A stretch of DNA of 64,000 nt from Pelomyxa schiedti. Taxonomy: Eukaryota; Protista; Evosea. The DNA is taken from assembly GCA_020536535.1 (NCBI GenBank), contig JAHLWZ010000821.1:48036-112035 (forward strand), in the 5' to 3' direction. Under the pieces are notes generated by a model. It was not told the DNA's origin. It ran no database searches and saw nothing but the letters and a program-made list of their open reading frames with translations. This document shows positions 1 to 15,000 of the stretch, piece by piece (positions within the stretch are counted from its first letter, which is position 1; every line of letters starts with the position of its first letter). The translations under genes were made by a program, and so were the position numbers.

Positions 1-1434
1 TGAACATAGATCTTTTTTATGGCAACCAAAGTGTTTGGGTACGACTGTTTGGTCTAATTATGAAGCACTATTCAACAGCTTCCAGTGCCGAAAGACAGAT
101 GCGCAGAAGCTCCATTATAAAAAGATGCAGTCTTTCTTCAAAAACCTCCACTACCGCAACGGGGACATCCCCCACCGCTAACCCCGCCACCACAGAGGTT
201 TCCTCAACGCCACATAATAATGGCACATCTACACCAGCATCAAATACATCAACAAGTACACCACCAGCAAGTACAACGCCAATTCACTTGCTCAGTCTTC
301 AACTACAGCCTCCATCTTCACCGGCACCACTTCCCCCTAACGGTGGTACGTCCCGTGGATTGTCATGTTCACTGTCTTCCCCGCCGCCTCGGCCAAACCC
401 GCCTCCTCATCACTCCACTGTTCCTTCACCCACGAAAACTACAGAAAGTGTTTCAACCGAAAAAGAGGTTTCATGGCAGGAACGAGAAAGAAGAGCAACA
501 GAAATCGAGCCACGACTCAGACCTGTAGAACACACTACAACACAAGCAACTTTTGTATGTGTAGCTTGTTTCTGAATATCATTACCCATCGTCTGTAGGT
601 TTCCCGCAGACCAAGCCAGCTGATCACACCAACATCTTCCACCCAGGAATCCAGTGGTGCGTAACATTTTGTTGTAAGGCCCCAATTTGTCTAATCACTA
701 TGCAGCACCAGATGGGTTACTACGTATAGTTATTTCAGGTGAACCAGGAGTATTTGAATCTCAAACTGTTGCCTTTAAGTATCAGCCTGAATTAAAAATG
801 CACCAAGTAACGCGTTGTTTGTCATAACTAATTTTCACTTCATTCTAGTTAATGAAACAAGTCTGTGCAAAAAAGGTTACAGTTCTATTCACTCCTGCAT
901 TAACTCACGCACCACCCCCATAAAAATAGATGTTGAATCCTGATGAGTGGTGCTTTAAATTCCTCAACCTCGATATTACATGTTCCATGGACCTAACACT
1001 TCGTGACCTGGGTGTTGTAAGCATCCGATTGTGCAAAAAAGCACAAGGTAGAAATTCATATCCTTTCCATACCAAGACAAACCAAACCATAAACCCTGTA
1101 TTTTTAAACTCTAGATACAGCCAGTACTAACAGTGTAACTAACAATAACCAAGGTTCTGTGGACGCTGCCGACTTGGGCAAGCTCTGTGACGAATTTGAC
1201 CCCGTTGTTGATGTTACCCAGGTTTCCGGCTCACAATGGAATTCTTCATCATCATCACAGCAATCCTCGCATGATGACGGCGGTGGTTCCGGTGTTGATG
1301 ACTTGGGGTTCAAGGTCACTACATACTCCTTTGAACAAGTCGCGGACTCTGAGCCCCGGGATGACTTGGATGACCTAGACACATTCTTCAACAGGCTTTC
1401 GGCTAAACGTGCTCTGGCTCCTCATCATCTGTGA
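1..1434 (+). CDS. 5'-partial multi-exon gene: Ser/Thr/Pro-rich region followed by a ubiquitin-like, possibly Ras-binding (RBD-like) domain
   Basis: Exons joined at GT-AG introns give LLRIVISGEPGVFESQTVAFKYQPELKMHQ|LMKQVCAKK|MLNPDEWCFKFLNLDITCSMDLTLRDLGVVSIRLCKK, a beta-grasp/RBD-like pattern. Acidic tail ends at TGA 1432-1434. Confidence 0.5.
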
Positions 1435-1604
1435 TGGATTAAGAGGAAGGGAGGATTCAGACATAAAGTAGTCTGGGTTCTTGCTGGTGTATTTATTGTG
1501 TAATCACAGAGAGGAGGAAAAAAAACAGTACAAACATACTGCCAAAGGGTTTTTTAATTTTTTTTTAAAACTTGTTTGTTTTACTTTGTGGTTTGTGGAT
1601 GGCT

Positions 1605-3673
1605 TTAGTTGCTGGAACTGCTGGAGCTGCTGATGGAGGGAGTGGAAAGGCCTCGCACTAGATTAGAGCAGTGCTTTTGAATGGTGTCATTGTGTGGGTG
1701 TTCTTTTTGTATGGAGGTAAACAGTGGCACCTGGGGTACCAACGCCGTCTTTCCATCTGCAAAGGTAATTAATTAGCCTTGTGCATTTTTCTTAATTGAC
1801 AACCACCTGGGAGAAATGAGAGTGTCCACATAAGAGTGCAGGCGCGTTCCAATAGAGCACTCTGTGAAATGTTTTCTTGCATGGACACCAAGAGAGCGGG
1901 TAGTTCGGCAGCTATTTGAATTTTTATGGCTGTATGGCATCGTATCAGGGAAAGTTCATGTGACTGAAGGAAATACTCTGGTTTATAGCCAAGTTCCATA
2001 ATGCCCCAAATGCCTCCTGTTGAACAACTAACGCCTTATGACCCTTTATGGCAGACAAAACACGATGAGTAATCTCGGTGAGAACCTCATTGCCTTGATG
2101 AAGTTAGATGCTGGAATAATCTCTTAATTATTAAATAGTGGCGATTTGTTCAAAAGTCATTTAGACATGCCTAGGTTAAAAAAGAAAAATGAAATGCTAT
2201 TAAAAAGTCGGGAGCCAGTCTCTTGTATAGCAGAATTTTTTCGGTAGGTTTTCATGGATTCGATTACAGGTGCAAGGCACCCGCCATTCACAATTTGCTT
2301 TTGGTGGTCTAAGATGCAGTCTGCACGGTTACACTAAGTAGAGAGGAACAAACCTAAGGAGTTTGCTGCAAGTTTCGCCAGAGCACCTATGGCAACTTCT
2401 TGTACAACAGCACTCGAAGCATGGGCAGTTAGGGCTGTAAGTAAACACTTGATACCACCTTCACGGACAATCTGCTCCTGGTTCTCTTTAAATACCGTGA
2501 TGAAAATAGTCGACAGGGATATCAATGGAGAAACCTCTGTTTGCCGCCATATTGGACAAAGCACCTGCAGCTTTTTTTTGAACATCAGCTATTGTCTCAT
2601 GTGCCCTCATTGCGTCCAGTAAAGGAATTACAGCCCCTTCTTGTCCCATCTTTTGCTGAATTTCTTCAAAAATGAGGAGAAAGTAAGCTGTCATTACTCC
2701 AACTTTTTTTGAAAGAACCTGCGTTAACTGTGAGGTTCCACAAGGCTCCACAGGCCATTTTCTGAACAACAGCATTCTTCTGGTGTTCTCTCATCGCAGC
2801 AATAATAACACTTATGGCACCGTCATTTGCAATGCGGGATTTATGTTCTTTAGCAGGTTGAGAGAAAGATGAGACAGTCACTAAATACCAGCGTTTTTGA
2901 AGGCTAGGTTGAGCAAGACAAAACACCCGTTCTCTTGAACGATTGTATTTGTTATGTGCAGGCGCATTGCTGTGAGAACAGAGTCAATACCACCACCATC
3001 CACAATTTGTTTCTGATTATCTGAGGGAGCGTTAGGGAGGAAGCAGGCCAACTTAGCTGCCTTTGTCCCTTGCAAGAATTCCCAATGCCCCACAAGCCTT
3101 GGATTGGAGGTTCACATTCTTGGAATAAATCTTCATAGCTTCGATAACGCATGCCACACCGTTTGCAGCAGCAATAAGTGCATGATTTTCTGTTCACTTG
3201 GTGTAAAAAATGGAGAGATACACCGCCCATAGTTCGTGCTGTGTAAGGTGAAAGAAGTGAGTAATATTACCTGCATCATTGGCGAGCGTCTTCAAGTCCT
3301 CACAGCACTTTTCCTGAACCTCCACATCCTTCATGTTCGCCTTCATCGTAGACAGAACGCCAGACACTGTCAACTTTGGAGTCTTCGCAATTGTGGCTTT
3401 AGGAGCCGTCGCGGGCGCGGCAGCCGATCGTGCCGGGGTTTTCACAGGAGTCTTTGGTGGCGTTCCGGCTTCGTTGGAGGCCGCTGTCGACGAAGAAGGG
3501 GGCTGCGAGGAAGAAGTTGATGACGCATTTGAGGATGTAGCGGTAGATGCGGACTGGGAACTGCTTGTCGACACTGATGTCCTTGCCCTTTTGGTAGATC
3601 TTGGGGGTGCTGGCTGTTCGTCGGTGTTTGATTTGGGATCTTCTGTCGTCGTGGCCTTGCTGGAACTGCTCAT
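1605..3673 (-). CDS. Armadillo (ARM) repeat protein, multi-exon
   Basis: Repeated units such as 'AMRxH...VQxxACGALWNL', 'VQKKAAGALSNMAAN' and 'GGIKCLLTALTAHASSAVVQEVAIGALAKLAAN'. Low-complexity N-terminus from ATG 3673. Last exon ends ...SSSSSN* at 1605. Confidence 0.85.
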
Positions 3674-3968
3674 TTTAATTTTTTTTTTCTTCTTTTGTTG
3701 CGTTTTAGTGCGTTTTTTTGTTTTTTTGTTCTTTTAGAGGAATTAAGAGATCGAAGGGGCTAAACAATCTGCTACTGGCCTTTCGGTTTTTGCTCAGTGC
3801 TTCACAGTCTTACTCACTCTCGAGTCCACCCGTGACCACATTGTAGTTTCACTGGGGACTTCGTTTCCCAGTCCAAGCTCCCAACAGTTTGGGTCTCTGC
3901 CGAACAGATACTTTGAAGGAATAGAACAGAAAGCAAGTGGTTTCTTTTTCTTTTTTAGCTACCAGAAG

Positions 3969-4377
3969 CTAAAAAAAGCTATCTTCGGTGTCCTTGTGTC
4001 TGTTTTGAAGGCGTGGTTTTTTAGGTCGAGGTTCTTTCGCTTTCGACGACGACGATGTAGTAGTAGTTGTTGAGTAGGATGATGACTTGTGGGTGGTTGC
4101 CGCCACCTCGCTTTGGGCTTGTGCTTTGAGCTTCTGCAGGCGCTTGGCACCCATTTTGTCAGATGTAGCGTTGGCAGCAGCACTTCTTTGTGCCCTGCCT
4201 CCACCACCGTTGTTGCTGTTGTTTGGTTTGGGTTTCTCGTCATTGGACTTGATGTGCGCTGTTGCCGGCTTTGGGGGTGGTTCTGTGCGGTGGACTGAGA
4301 GCCGGTGGGGCTTCTGGCCGAGGTTGTCAGAGATTGGCTTGTGTGGCTTTGCCGGACGTGGGGCCGTGGGTTCTGTG

Positions 4378-4428
<51 letters not shown>

Positions 4429-7400
4429 ACAGGAGGGGGCTGTTGTATTTGAGCTGAGGAGGCGCTTTCAAGTGCTGCTGTAGTAGCTTGCTGTTGTGGT
4501 TGCGGTTGCGGGTCGGTCTGGTGTTGTGGCTGTGGCTGTGGTTGTTGTCCTGGTGGCGGGGCTGTGGATAGTGATGGTGATGATACTTGTTGGTTGGGTT
4601 GTATTTGTACTTGCTGTGATGATTGGTCGAGGGGTTTAGTTGGTTGGGGCTGTGGTTGTGGTTGTGATTGAGCTTGTACCTGTGGCTGTGGTACATTAGG
4701 TTTGTTACTGGGTTCGACGACTGGTTGTGAGTGTTTTTGTTGATATAGTATGGCCTCCTGTAAGTCGAGCTTCACTGCTGGATGTGTGATATCGTCGTAG
4801 CTGCGTACAGGGAAATCTATTACTGTTAAAAGGAAGAAGAACTGTGGAATAGTTACATGAATGCCTTGATTTGACGTGGGAAATAAAGGCATGCCAATTC
4901 GAGTCACTATTCAAGAGAGATGAATTCCCAACAACCCACAGAGCACAACGTGCTCGGGTAAGCCCTACATTCATTCTCCGGATATCAGCAAGAAAACCAA
5001 TGCTATGGGCTATAGGTTTTTGTCCGTGAAACAAACAATAAAGCGGAAAAGCAACCAACAGGGGCCCTGACACAGGAAAAAAAAATAATATCCTTTTCTT
5101 GACCTTGGAATCCATCCTGTAATTTTGATAAATAGAGGAGGTACTGTGCCAAGTACACACCACAGTGTTTATTTCAATTTTATCAGTGTGGCCGCCAAGC
5201 TCCTTACGCACAGCCTCAAGGGAAGACTTTAATTCAATCTGCTGTTGTTTGTAAGGAGTAATGATCCCTATACTCAATTCCTGAAGTACATGTGAGAAAA
5301 GTGCAAAATGGGAATAAGAGGAGACTTCAAATAGAGTTGGGAATCCATGATGTAAAGTAACCAGAAGATTCATCACTAAACCAGCCTCTATCCTATTGAA
5401 GTGTGAAGAATTGTGCTTCCCTTCTGTGCTCCCTATTGTATCAAAAAACATCAATGGTCTAAAACGCTCGTCTGCGTGAAATGGCTGTGATGCCTTAGAC
5501 CAACATCTAAAAAGTATGTATACCTTGGTATGTGTTTTATTTGTGATGGATAAGGCATCAACCAGTGATCCACCATAGAAGTGCATGGAAGGGAAAGCTC
5601 TAATATCCCAGTGCATTCGATACTGGACAGTGAGAAGGTTGCATTGAGCCTTGCAGTCTTTAATACGCTGGAATAGACTTTGCTCATACTAGATTATGTG
5701 AGTATGTTGGAGCAGGAACACTACAAAAACCATGAATTTAACGGCAGTTTGGCTGATGACAGTGGCTGGGAGCTGGGCAGGGTCTCCAACAAGAATGCAA
5801 CGCCTTGCATTATATTGAAGAGGAATTAATGTTGAAACTTCAACTGCCTCGAAGGTTGTAAGGTCACTAAAAAAAGAGAGGAAAAAAAACTTGGGCAGCT
5901 TCGTCTATAATCACTGTCTCAAAGCCGTGATCAAGGCTACTGATCAATTCTGAACCACTATAGAGGAAGTGGGGAAATTTTATTCAGTATCGTACTTCTA
6001 TTTTACCTGCCACTCAGAGTACAACATATAATATCTGCTTCATTGAGAATGGACATTCTTAGTGCGAACTTAGCTTTCTGTATCCTCTACTAATCGTAAG
6101 TGTGACACTAGAGTAGAAAAGTATACTTTTGGATGACTTCTAATACGTTGTAGGTGCATTTGTTTCTCATCCCTAACTTGTACACGATTCCGTATAAGCT
6201 GATTTATAGCCGTTGAGCGGGTTGGATTCTATACATAGTTAGAGGTTAAACATGTGAAGGGAAACACCTACATGCTCCTCTTTATTTGCTTGGCACATAA
6301 AGGCGATACTATCAGTGAGTTTTTGTTCCTGGGAAGTTAAGCTTGCCAGTTCTATGACAGTATGGGTTCATCATTAATATGGGTTTTACTGTACTGTCTT
6401 GTGCGTGCTTGAACTCTTCAATGGCAATAGCGACCTCTGAGCTATTTTTTCTACAAGCTTCTTCAAGAAGTGAATCCAGATGTAAGTCACGAACATTTGT
6501 ATTGACATTGGATAAAATTCCCTTATGGAAAGTGAGGAATTTATCAAATTCTAGGGGTTTTACCAAACGAACTATTTTTGTGTTTTTCCTAAAAAAGGGG
6601 CTATTTTCAGCTAGCAGAGAGTTTTTCAGCCTCAAAGTAAGCGCGTCAACTGCCGCATTAGAAGGTGCACATATCAGCAAATGGTTTGTACTGGGGTAAT
6701 CTTAAAATGCGGTAAGGAAAAACTCGATTTATCATGTGATGCAAGCAAACCCAACTGTAAGGACACCTTACAGAAGTCGAGTTGCTAATAACTTGCTTTT
6801 TAGCATCACTCATTCTCAAAAGCACTGCTACAAGTCCTACTACTGTGTGTGTCTTCCCAGTACCTGGATGGAAGTGAACAAAATAAATAATTATAACAGC
6901 CCTACCAGGGGGGCCTTGCATCAACTTAAATCCCCCACCAGTAACACAGTTCTGCACCAAGGTCAAAGCCATTATACAAAGAAAAAAGTGCTTGCCTTGA
7001 TAGCAGCTTCTTGTGGTTCATTGAAACTCAAGGAATGCAGAAACACCTCAACAGGAGATGACAATTGGAGTGATGTAGGCGGATTCCTGGCAGTGCTGGA
7101 GTTCAATACATTGGGCAGCAGAGGAACATTGTTGCATTGCTGGAGGGCGTACCATTCACGGTTGATGGTGCTCATGCTCGTCATACGCCACAGACTCCAC
7201 TCTGAGTTGAGTAAAGTGACTTTTTTTGTCCTACATATTGTCACTAACCAATAATAGAGTTCTTTCCAACCTACCTGGGGTCAAGGTTGTCCAGGAAGAA
7301 CTTGACTCTTATCTCTGTTGGTTTAACTTTGCTTGGCTCTTTCTCTTCTTCTACGATTGCGAACAAAGAAACGCTTCCAGGAACTGACTCCGCTCTTGGT

Positions 7401-10400
7401 GGCTGTGAGGACACAGTTTGTGACAAAAGAATGAGGTCATGAGGAGCCACTTCAGACGCTAGGTTACTGTTGGAGCGAAGATGGAGAAACTGGAATTCAT
7501 CTGTCCTTGAGACAGAAGCAATCTGAACGGTAAACCGCGGTAGCTCTAGAAAAAGGATTACAATTCAGAACTCGTTTCTCGGGAATACTAGGAGTAACCT
7601 GACACTTCCTCTTTGGCTTTTTGAATTTGAGCAATGAACTCAGCAAGCAACAGAGGTTCGAATACTTCTTTATATTCCTGGAAGCATCTAAATGTACTCG
7701 GGACATTACGTAGTGCGCCACTGAGCTTTACCTCTGGTCATGCGTTGTGCAAAAAGGGACACAGAACACACCTTGAATGGATCCAGGTTATTGTAATCCC
7801 ATTTGAGAATCTTCTTGTGTAAATCAGCTGAAGGTCTATGTGGTACATTCCCCACAGGGGAATCTCGTGGTAATAATCTGTTGCTACTGGGTAGATCCAA
7901 TAACTAGGAAGTACCGGAAGTTTTTAGCTTTGCTGGTGAAAGATAAGAACTAATACTTGGACTTTATGGGTTGCTGATGCTTTCATTTTTCCAGTATGTG
8001 TAATCCTATCAGAGTCCTTGACCAGCTCCCCAAGGATATCATAATCATCATCCGGTCGGGTGAGTTTCCATTGAAGCCAACCCACACCCTTACGTTCTGT
8101 GTCGTTTAGTTTTGGGTTGTGAGTCGTGGCTTTTTACCAGGGAATGAAACATCATCTTCATCTGAATCAGATTCCACCTCGACAGCTGCGGAACTCTTTG
8201 TATTGTGAGCTTGTAAGGGTTGTGTCTCTGTAGTTACAGGAAGGGTCTTAGGCACTTGTGCTACAAGTGCCGGTGCCTTTGGCAGTAGGTTGGGTGCAGG
8301 AACTGAATTACTAATAATGGAGGGTTGTGGGGGGTGTAAGGAGGGACTGGGTTTTGTAGAGGCAAATTCACTTGTTGGTTTAGAGTTGACCAAGGTTGTA
8401 GGCTTTGGTAATACACTTAGAACTACAGGCAAGTATGAGGTTTGGTGAAGATTTGGCTCATTCGTTTTTGGTAAACAAGTGATTTTTTGAGTATGGATTG
8501 CTTCTGCTGTTAGTTTGGAAGTTGTTGTTGGGGCAAGGCTAGTGTCTAACGGTTCCAGCTTAAATAAGCTACACAATGTTCTAGAAATGGAAGGATTCTT
8601 CACTGAGTCTTATGTCAAGATAACAAAAGAATAAACTGTGGGCCTTTACTGGAAAGAGAATTCAAACATTTATCTTTTAATAGCTCTGGAGGTTCCAGGT
8701 CTTCACTTTTCAATACTGCATAGTCTGTTACTGCACATGTATAATTGACTTAAATGGACCTTGAACTAAAATTGTAATGCACCCAGCATACGGTTCTTGC
8801 AATTCTTCAGATGACAACTCAATTTTAAGCAAGTTGATGAGCCATGCAGGTGGAGGAGACTCCACAGCTGATGCGATTTTTGAACGACATAATGGCATCA
8901 ATTGCTGAAGAAAATATAGCAGTGATACTAAAATGGGAGGGTGGAGTTCAGGTGCCTGCTTTGTCATGAGTGGGAATTTGTCACAAGTGGCTTACTCTGG
9001 ACAGAACAAATTGTTCCACAAATAACCATAAGTCTTTGATTACCAGAAGCATTGCTTTACAGGAAACAGATTTCGGGATAATCACAGATAGGTAATCAAA
9101 AACAAGGTCCCAAGTGCTGTGTTTTGTTTTTTTCCCCAGTCACTCAACTCAATGCGCAAGTATTAAGGGAAAAGACCAAATACAATCCGAGTAACCAAGA
9201 AGACTCATGTCATCAAGAACTTGTTTGACCCCATACCAAAACGAAGGAAGTTGCTCAGTAGTCAAGGACTGTAGCATTTCGGGTACTGTGTGCTTGTTTG
9301 AGTGTCTGATAATTGTCAATTGAAATAGAGTAGAAGTAAAAAATACTTTAAAATGAAACTGGTTAACATTTTTCGGGTGTCCGCATCAAGAGTTACAAGA
9401 GCACCAAATAATGAACAAAAGAAATCTTTGGAGCTAATGCAGTCGAGGTCCCCACGAAACAGTTGTGCAAGATTAGCAGAGTATTGTACCTTTAGAAGTT
9501 AAAAACAGCTTAATTTTGGCCATACCATAGGGCAGTCTTTTTCATGAACTGGGTTGAACATACAAACGGTGACATGTGCAGTAAGAATACTTGTAACCGT
9601 AGATTTTGGAAGGATTCTGTGTGCTCTTCCAATGTTGTCCCACAGTGCAATGGCCCATCTACGGAATATTAAGGGAGAGCTCTCAAGTATTAGTCGAACG
9701 TACCCATAGTCATCAAGTTCATGCATGCACCAACTCTTAATTGCCAGAGCTGCAACCAGTACTTGATGGTCCAAAAAGGTTGTGGCCCCATTGGCATAGC
9801 ATTTTGCAGCAACACAATCACCAGCAATTCTTCCAACCCAAAGGCCACTGTGTCTAGAAGAGGCAGAAATGACATCATGGGTGTTTAGGTTGGAGCCCCC
9901 TGTCAGTGGTGGCCTATGCCTGGTGCAATTTTTGTCCAACACTTCATATCCAACCTTAATGGCGGTGTCCTTGATTATTGGGGTGTAGGTGACAGCCGAG
10001 GCAGCTACAGCTGCTGAGCGTGGAAGTTGTTGTAGTGTACCAAAAGTAAAAGTGAGGATCATGTCTAAGCAACGGTCAAATTCTTCATTGGTAGTCGTTG
10101 AATTCAAAAGGTGTGGAAGCACAAGCAGGAGTCTTTAAAGGAGAATCACTTAGAATAAAGAGATTGACTCAAGAAGTGAACACACGCTTTCTGTATGTGT
10201 TCTGGGTGTACCGACATCTTCTGTAATAGACTCTTGCACACTTCACCACACGATCTATTAACATGCTTCCATGCCAGAGGACCTGGAAATTCATATCAAG
10301 ATCACAAACGCTCCTTTAATTTTCCAGTCACATACCGATAAAATCTAAAATGCATCGCAAACATTGCAGAACAGGATATAATAAGTCATCAGGGCAGTCC

Positions 10401-11891
10401 AACACATTATTTATCACAATGAGAACAAAGGAAGGAAATTGAGCAAAAAAATAGTTCTCAAAAGTATCTCGACCAAACGACTAGAAGGTGTCAATATTAA
10501 CAAAGAGTTCATCCTACCTGTGTGAGAGTAGCAAGACCATTCCAAAAGCAATTTTTCTCAAGAGTGAATGCCGACTCTCTTTCAGTAAAATCATCAAATT
10601 CCAGGATTCCTGAATTGTATCAAATTTAAAAAGGCACCTCTCATACATACTCATGCACTCCTCCACAACAGGTTTTATAATCTCAAAGTCGGCAACAGAT
10701 AGAATTTTGCCAAATTTCTGCAATTGGCGTAGAGCCCATTCTCTGGGTACCAGTATTTTTGCATGAAGCCAGAGAGGAAGTACAAACTTGGGTACCTAAC
10801 ATGCACGTTCCGATGAAACATAAGTAAATATATGCCAGGCAATTTCTGTCCATCATCACGAAGCTCCACTCTACATTTTCCCAGAGAGAGTAATTTCTGC
10901 CCTGATTAGCGCGATATGCAACAAAAGTCGAGAGGAACATTTGTGAATGCATCATTAATAAATGTGTCATGAAGCAATTCCGGGAAGTTCAACACTTCAA
11001 AAAAGGCAATACTAGGGTTTCTCTCCATATTAGTAGTAATTCGTCTTCTCTTATAGTGATTAAGGAAGTAAATTGCAAACATTTCCTGAAGATAGTAGCA
11101 CCCAAACAAAAGGATACATCCCAGTTTGCCCAACTTGTAAGTAGTGGTCTGAGTGAGCCCTCAGGCGTGTACTTGGTAACCCTGTCAATCAATCTCCGCT
11201 TGCCTTGGTGGTAGGCAGTTACACTATTTTGTCTGTTAGGCAGTATCCCACTGATGATAATATTATATAGCCCCAAGGCATTCCATGCTCCTACTGATGA
11301 AATGTGTGTGAATTGCACTATGTACCATTCAGGGCACACTTGTAGCTGCTGGTCCATTAGTGAAAATATCTTTTGCAAAGCACTCCAGGCATCAGAGTGG
11401 TCCTTGAACTTTTTTTCGTCCCTCATGTGCTGCTCGTTCAAAACTAGCAGAATTTCCATCGAAATCTCGGAATATTTACACCAGGCGTGCCGCGGCCCGT
11501 TGTCGTCTTGCACTGACCCGCTCCCATAATTCGACGCCGAATCAGCGGCGGTGTCGCAGGATCTCACGAGGAAAGGCACGGCGTGGCCTAAGAACTCCAT
11601 GGCGCCCTCTGCCGTGTCCAACTTGGCCCAGAGGTGCTCGGGTATCCCATAACTCGTCTCTGGTGGGGCGGCCGCGTAGTCGTCGTGTGCACCACCCTCC
11701 CCGGTATCCTGTGGCGCCACGTCTTCCGCTTCTCCCGCTGACCAATCGTTTGTGTAATTGGGGGCCAATTGAGTCGCTTGCTCGTCCGCTGCAGAAGGTT
11801 CGTCGTCCCTGGGTTGTGCTTCTGTGCTCGCGGTGGTTGACGTATTCATAAACGCGCCGCTGGGTTGGGTCGCCTGAACATCGTCGTCCAT
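3969..11891 (-). CDS. SETX: Senataxin/Sen1 SF1B (UPF1-like) RNA/DNA helicase, multi-exon
   Basis: Walker A QGPPG|TGKT, LICAPSNAAVD, VIIDEAAQ, GDPAQLPAT, QYRMH, IGIITPYKQQ, DGFQGQEKD, RRMNVGLTRAR. Long N-terminal region with a Sen1_N-like LQVCPEC..V.AYH motif and a Q/P/A-rich tail. Confidence 0.88.
4381..4425. repeat. (GCT)15 trinucleotide repeat encoding poly-Ala in the Sen1 C-terminal tail
   Basis: Directly visible tandem gct units. Confidence 0.95.
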
Positions 11892-12035
11892 TCGGGTTTA
11901 TTAAATCTGATCTATAATCTCCCACGACTAGGTTTTGGCAAAACCCAAGTAGTACCGAATGGGTTCCCGTCCACAACTCCTGCCGAGTTTCAACAAGAAA
12001 AACCTGAGTCAGAGTTTGTTTCACCACTCTGTCAT

Positions 12036-15000
12036 TTATAAGAGCGGTTCTGTGAGTGGTGGGGAGAGAAGTGAGGATATAGGGGTTGTGGTGTTGCTGA
12101 GGTTGGTGGTGGGGGTGCTGAGAATCAGAGGTGAAGTGGTGTCTGTGGGGATGAGTGGAAATGGGGTGGGTGAGGTTGGTTGTGTTGGTGGTGCTGGGGA
12201 TACAGGTACTACCTCGGGTGGTGTTGTGAGTAGAGAAATGATGGAGGGAGGGGGTGTGGTGTGGGTAACGTGGAGCGGGGTTTCCGTGCTGATTGGGGAG
12301 GATGACAGAGGTGAAGATAGTGGTGTGAATGTGAGTAGGGGTGAGAGCGATGGCATCGGTGATGATGATAGTATGGGTGACGACGAGGGAGAAACTAAAG
12401 GGGATATCAGGAGAGAGGAAGACGCCGTAGATTCTGCAGTGTGAGAAGCTGCTTCTTCAAGTAAACTGCTGAGAGCTTGAACTCTCTTTGTCCTCGTCCT
12501 GCAAGTTTGTGAGAACTCATTTGTACAGTTGTCTACAACTGTTTCTGAGCCTTATCCAATTCTTGTGTGTATGCAGCACACATTCGATTTGATGACCACT
12601 GCATCAACGCTGTCCACCTTGGCACTGTAATTAATTTCCCATTTCCCTCATAAAAATCTTACTTTAGTGCTGGTGATACAACTCGAAGAGCAACCGGCTG
12701 AACCCTCTCAATCTTTCTCACGTCAAAAAGAAAAGTGAAATGTCAATAGCTAGTACTTGTAGTCCATGGAGGGGCACAACTTTCTCGATTGTTGTTATTC
12801 TTGTAGGGCGGGTACCACCGGAGAGAGACTTTGGTTTCTTATCAGGAGACTATTGAGGGAGAAATGAGCATGTGTTATAGTTTTAGTGCATACAGAAGGC
12901 AATTCAATTTTGGAATCGAGCAGGGATATAGGGTCAGAGCCAATAATAATGTAATCTTCCAGAATAATCAAAACTTTGGTTTCCGACTTCTTTGAGGATG
13001 GTACTACCAAAGTGAAGAGAACACATTTTGTGCTGGGATCTGGACTTATTAAGTAAGGTTGTGAAAAGGTGAAAATTACCCAAGTATAAGGAGTCGCCAG
13101 CTGATACAGAAGGGGGAGGCAATTTAGATATCGGAAGAGGAGATTCTGGTTCATGACACAAAAAGTTTTTGATATCACGTAGTGCCAAAAACACTTCCAT
13201 TTCTTTTATGTCGGCGTCATGTGAAAGAGTGTTTCCTTTTGCCTGTGGCTTTGGGATCAATGTAGACACGTCTGAAATTAAATCATCGACTCTAATTCCT
13301 GAGCAAAACTGAGAGTGCCATTTATTAGAAGTTTTCACTCGGTACTTTTGTAACGTGCTATCGCATCTTCATAAATATCAATAAAATAATCACTGGCATT
13401 CTGAATTTTATCAGCTACAGTAGCCAAGCTTTTGTAGTAGACACTCTGCCAAGAAGGTGAGGTGAATACGAATAAAGAAAAAGTACCTTGAGGGTGTGAA
13501 TTTGTGCTGATGATATACGATTGGTGAAAGGAGTCTTGAACAAATTTACGGCCAATTGTAGAGTGACCATGCTACATAAGTCATTTTTATAGAACAGTCA
13601 AAATGTTTACCTAAAATTCGTCCCATTTAGGAAACATCGACAAAGGTTCTGTACAACAAATGCTTTAACATCCTTCACCTGACACTAATTAGAGTGGTCA
13701 ATTTTTCTCAGTTAACCCACAGAAGTATCAGGAAGCGCATCACGCTTCGATTCATCAAGCATAATTTGGATTGGCGGCACCGTAATGGTATAGTCACATT
13801 GACTCGACGATTTCATTGCCAGGACAGCTAATGGTGTTGGTCAGTAAGGAGGGAAAATGGAGGAGGGCCACCTGGGTGCTGTAGGAATGAAAATAGAACA
13901 GTGGAGGCAGCATAGAAGAGGGGATCGTCACAGGATAGATAAGAAAGAATGGTTTCACGAAATGGATTGGAGAGTGCAGGTGGACGAAGAGGATTAGGGG
14001 CAACTGCCACTGAGATTAGAGGACTGGAGCGAGTTAGGGTGGGTGTGAGAAGGGCATCTGGAAGAGGGGCAGGCACAGCATTCGGTGACAGCGGCTGAAA
14101 GTTCGTTATCCAGGAAGAAATAATACAGTGAAGGTCATGCCTTCTTGAAAGAAAGAGATATTGGTGTACTCGGAGTTACGTGAAAGAGAATGTTCACTAA
14201 TGTAGTGAATAGGGCTTTGCATTTCAGGGTCAACGCTACTTGAGTGAGTACAAAAAGTGCAAATGCTGGGGACAGTCTGCTCTGCAGTATGAATGTTTAA
14301 GAGACAATATGATTCAGAAAATATACCTCCACAATTGCACCAGGAACAACTGATGTGCATACTTTCCCAATAACAAAATTTATGAGCAGCTGAGCCAGTA
14401 ACTTATTCATTGGAACAATTTCCAAATTAAAAAGGTCTTGCACGTAATACAGTGTGTCTTGAAGGTCCACAAAGTGGGACTCAAGCCGAGATGTGGTCCC
14501 TCCAACCCTTCCAACAAATGAATGGGTTTTTTAATTATGAGTCTTACTGAGAGTGAATAAGGAGTTCGTCCAAAGCAATACATTGCGAGGCTATGTAAGC
14601 AACGAGTTTCTCAAAATATATGGAGGCGGGAGGGGAAAGAATAAAACTTCTCACTGAAGGTATGTCAACTGCAGGAGATTGATCAAATGATAGAATAGTG
14701 ATGATATGTACGTTTGAAAACATTCATTGTCAGGACCCTTACCGCTGTTCTTATCATTGGTTCTGGGTGAGAAACAAATGATATGGCTTGTGTGTACAAA
14801 GCAAATGTCTTTTCTTTCTAATGACTATTAGCCAGGTAGAGAGAAAACAAAAAAAAAAGGTGAATACCTCGTTGAAGAAGAATTGAATGTACTTGTTGTC
14901 GAGCTTAAGGCTCAGCACCTTCAAAAATGACATGTAGTAGGCCAAAACTTCCTCATGAGCGAAATCGAAGTTATGTGCAATAATCATGTCATTGATATGA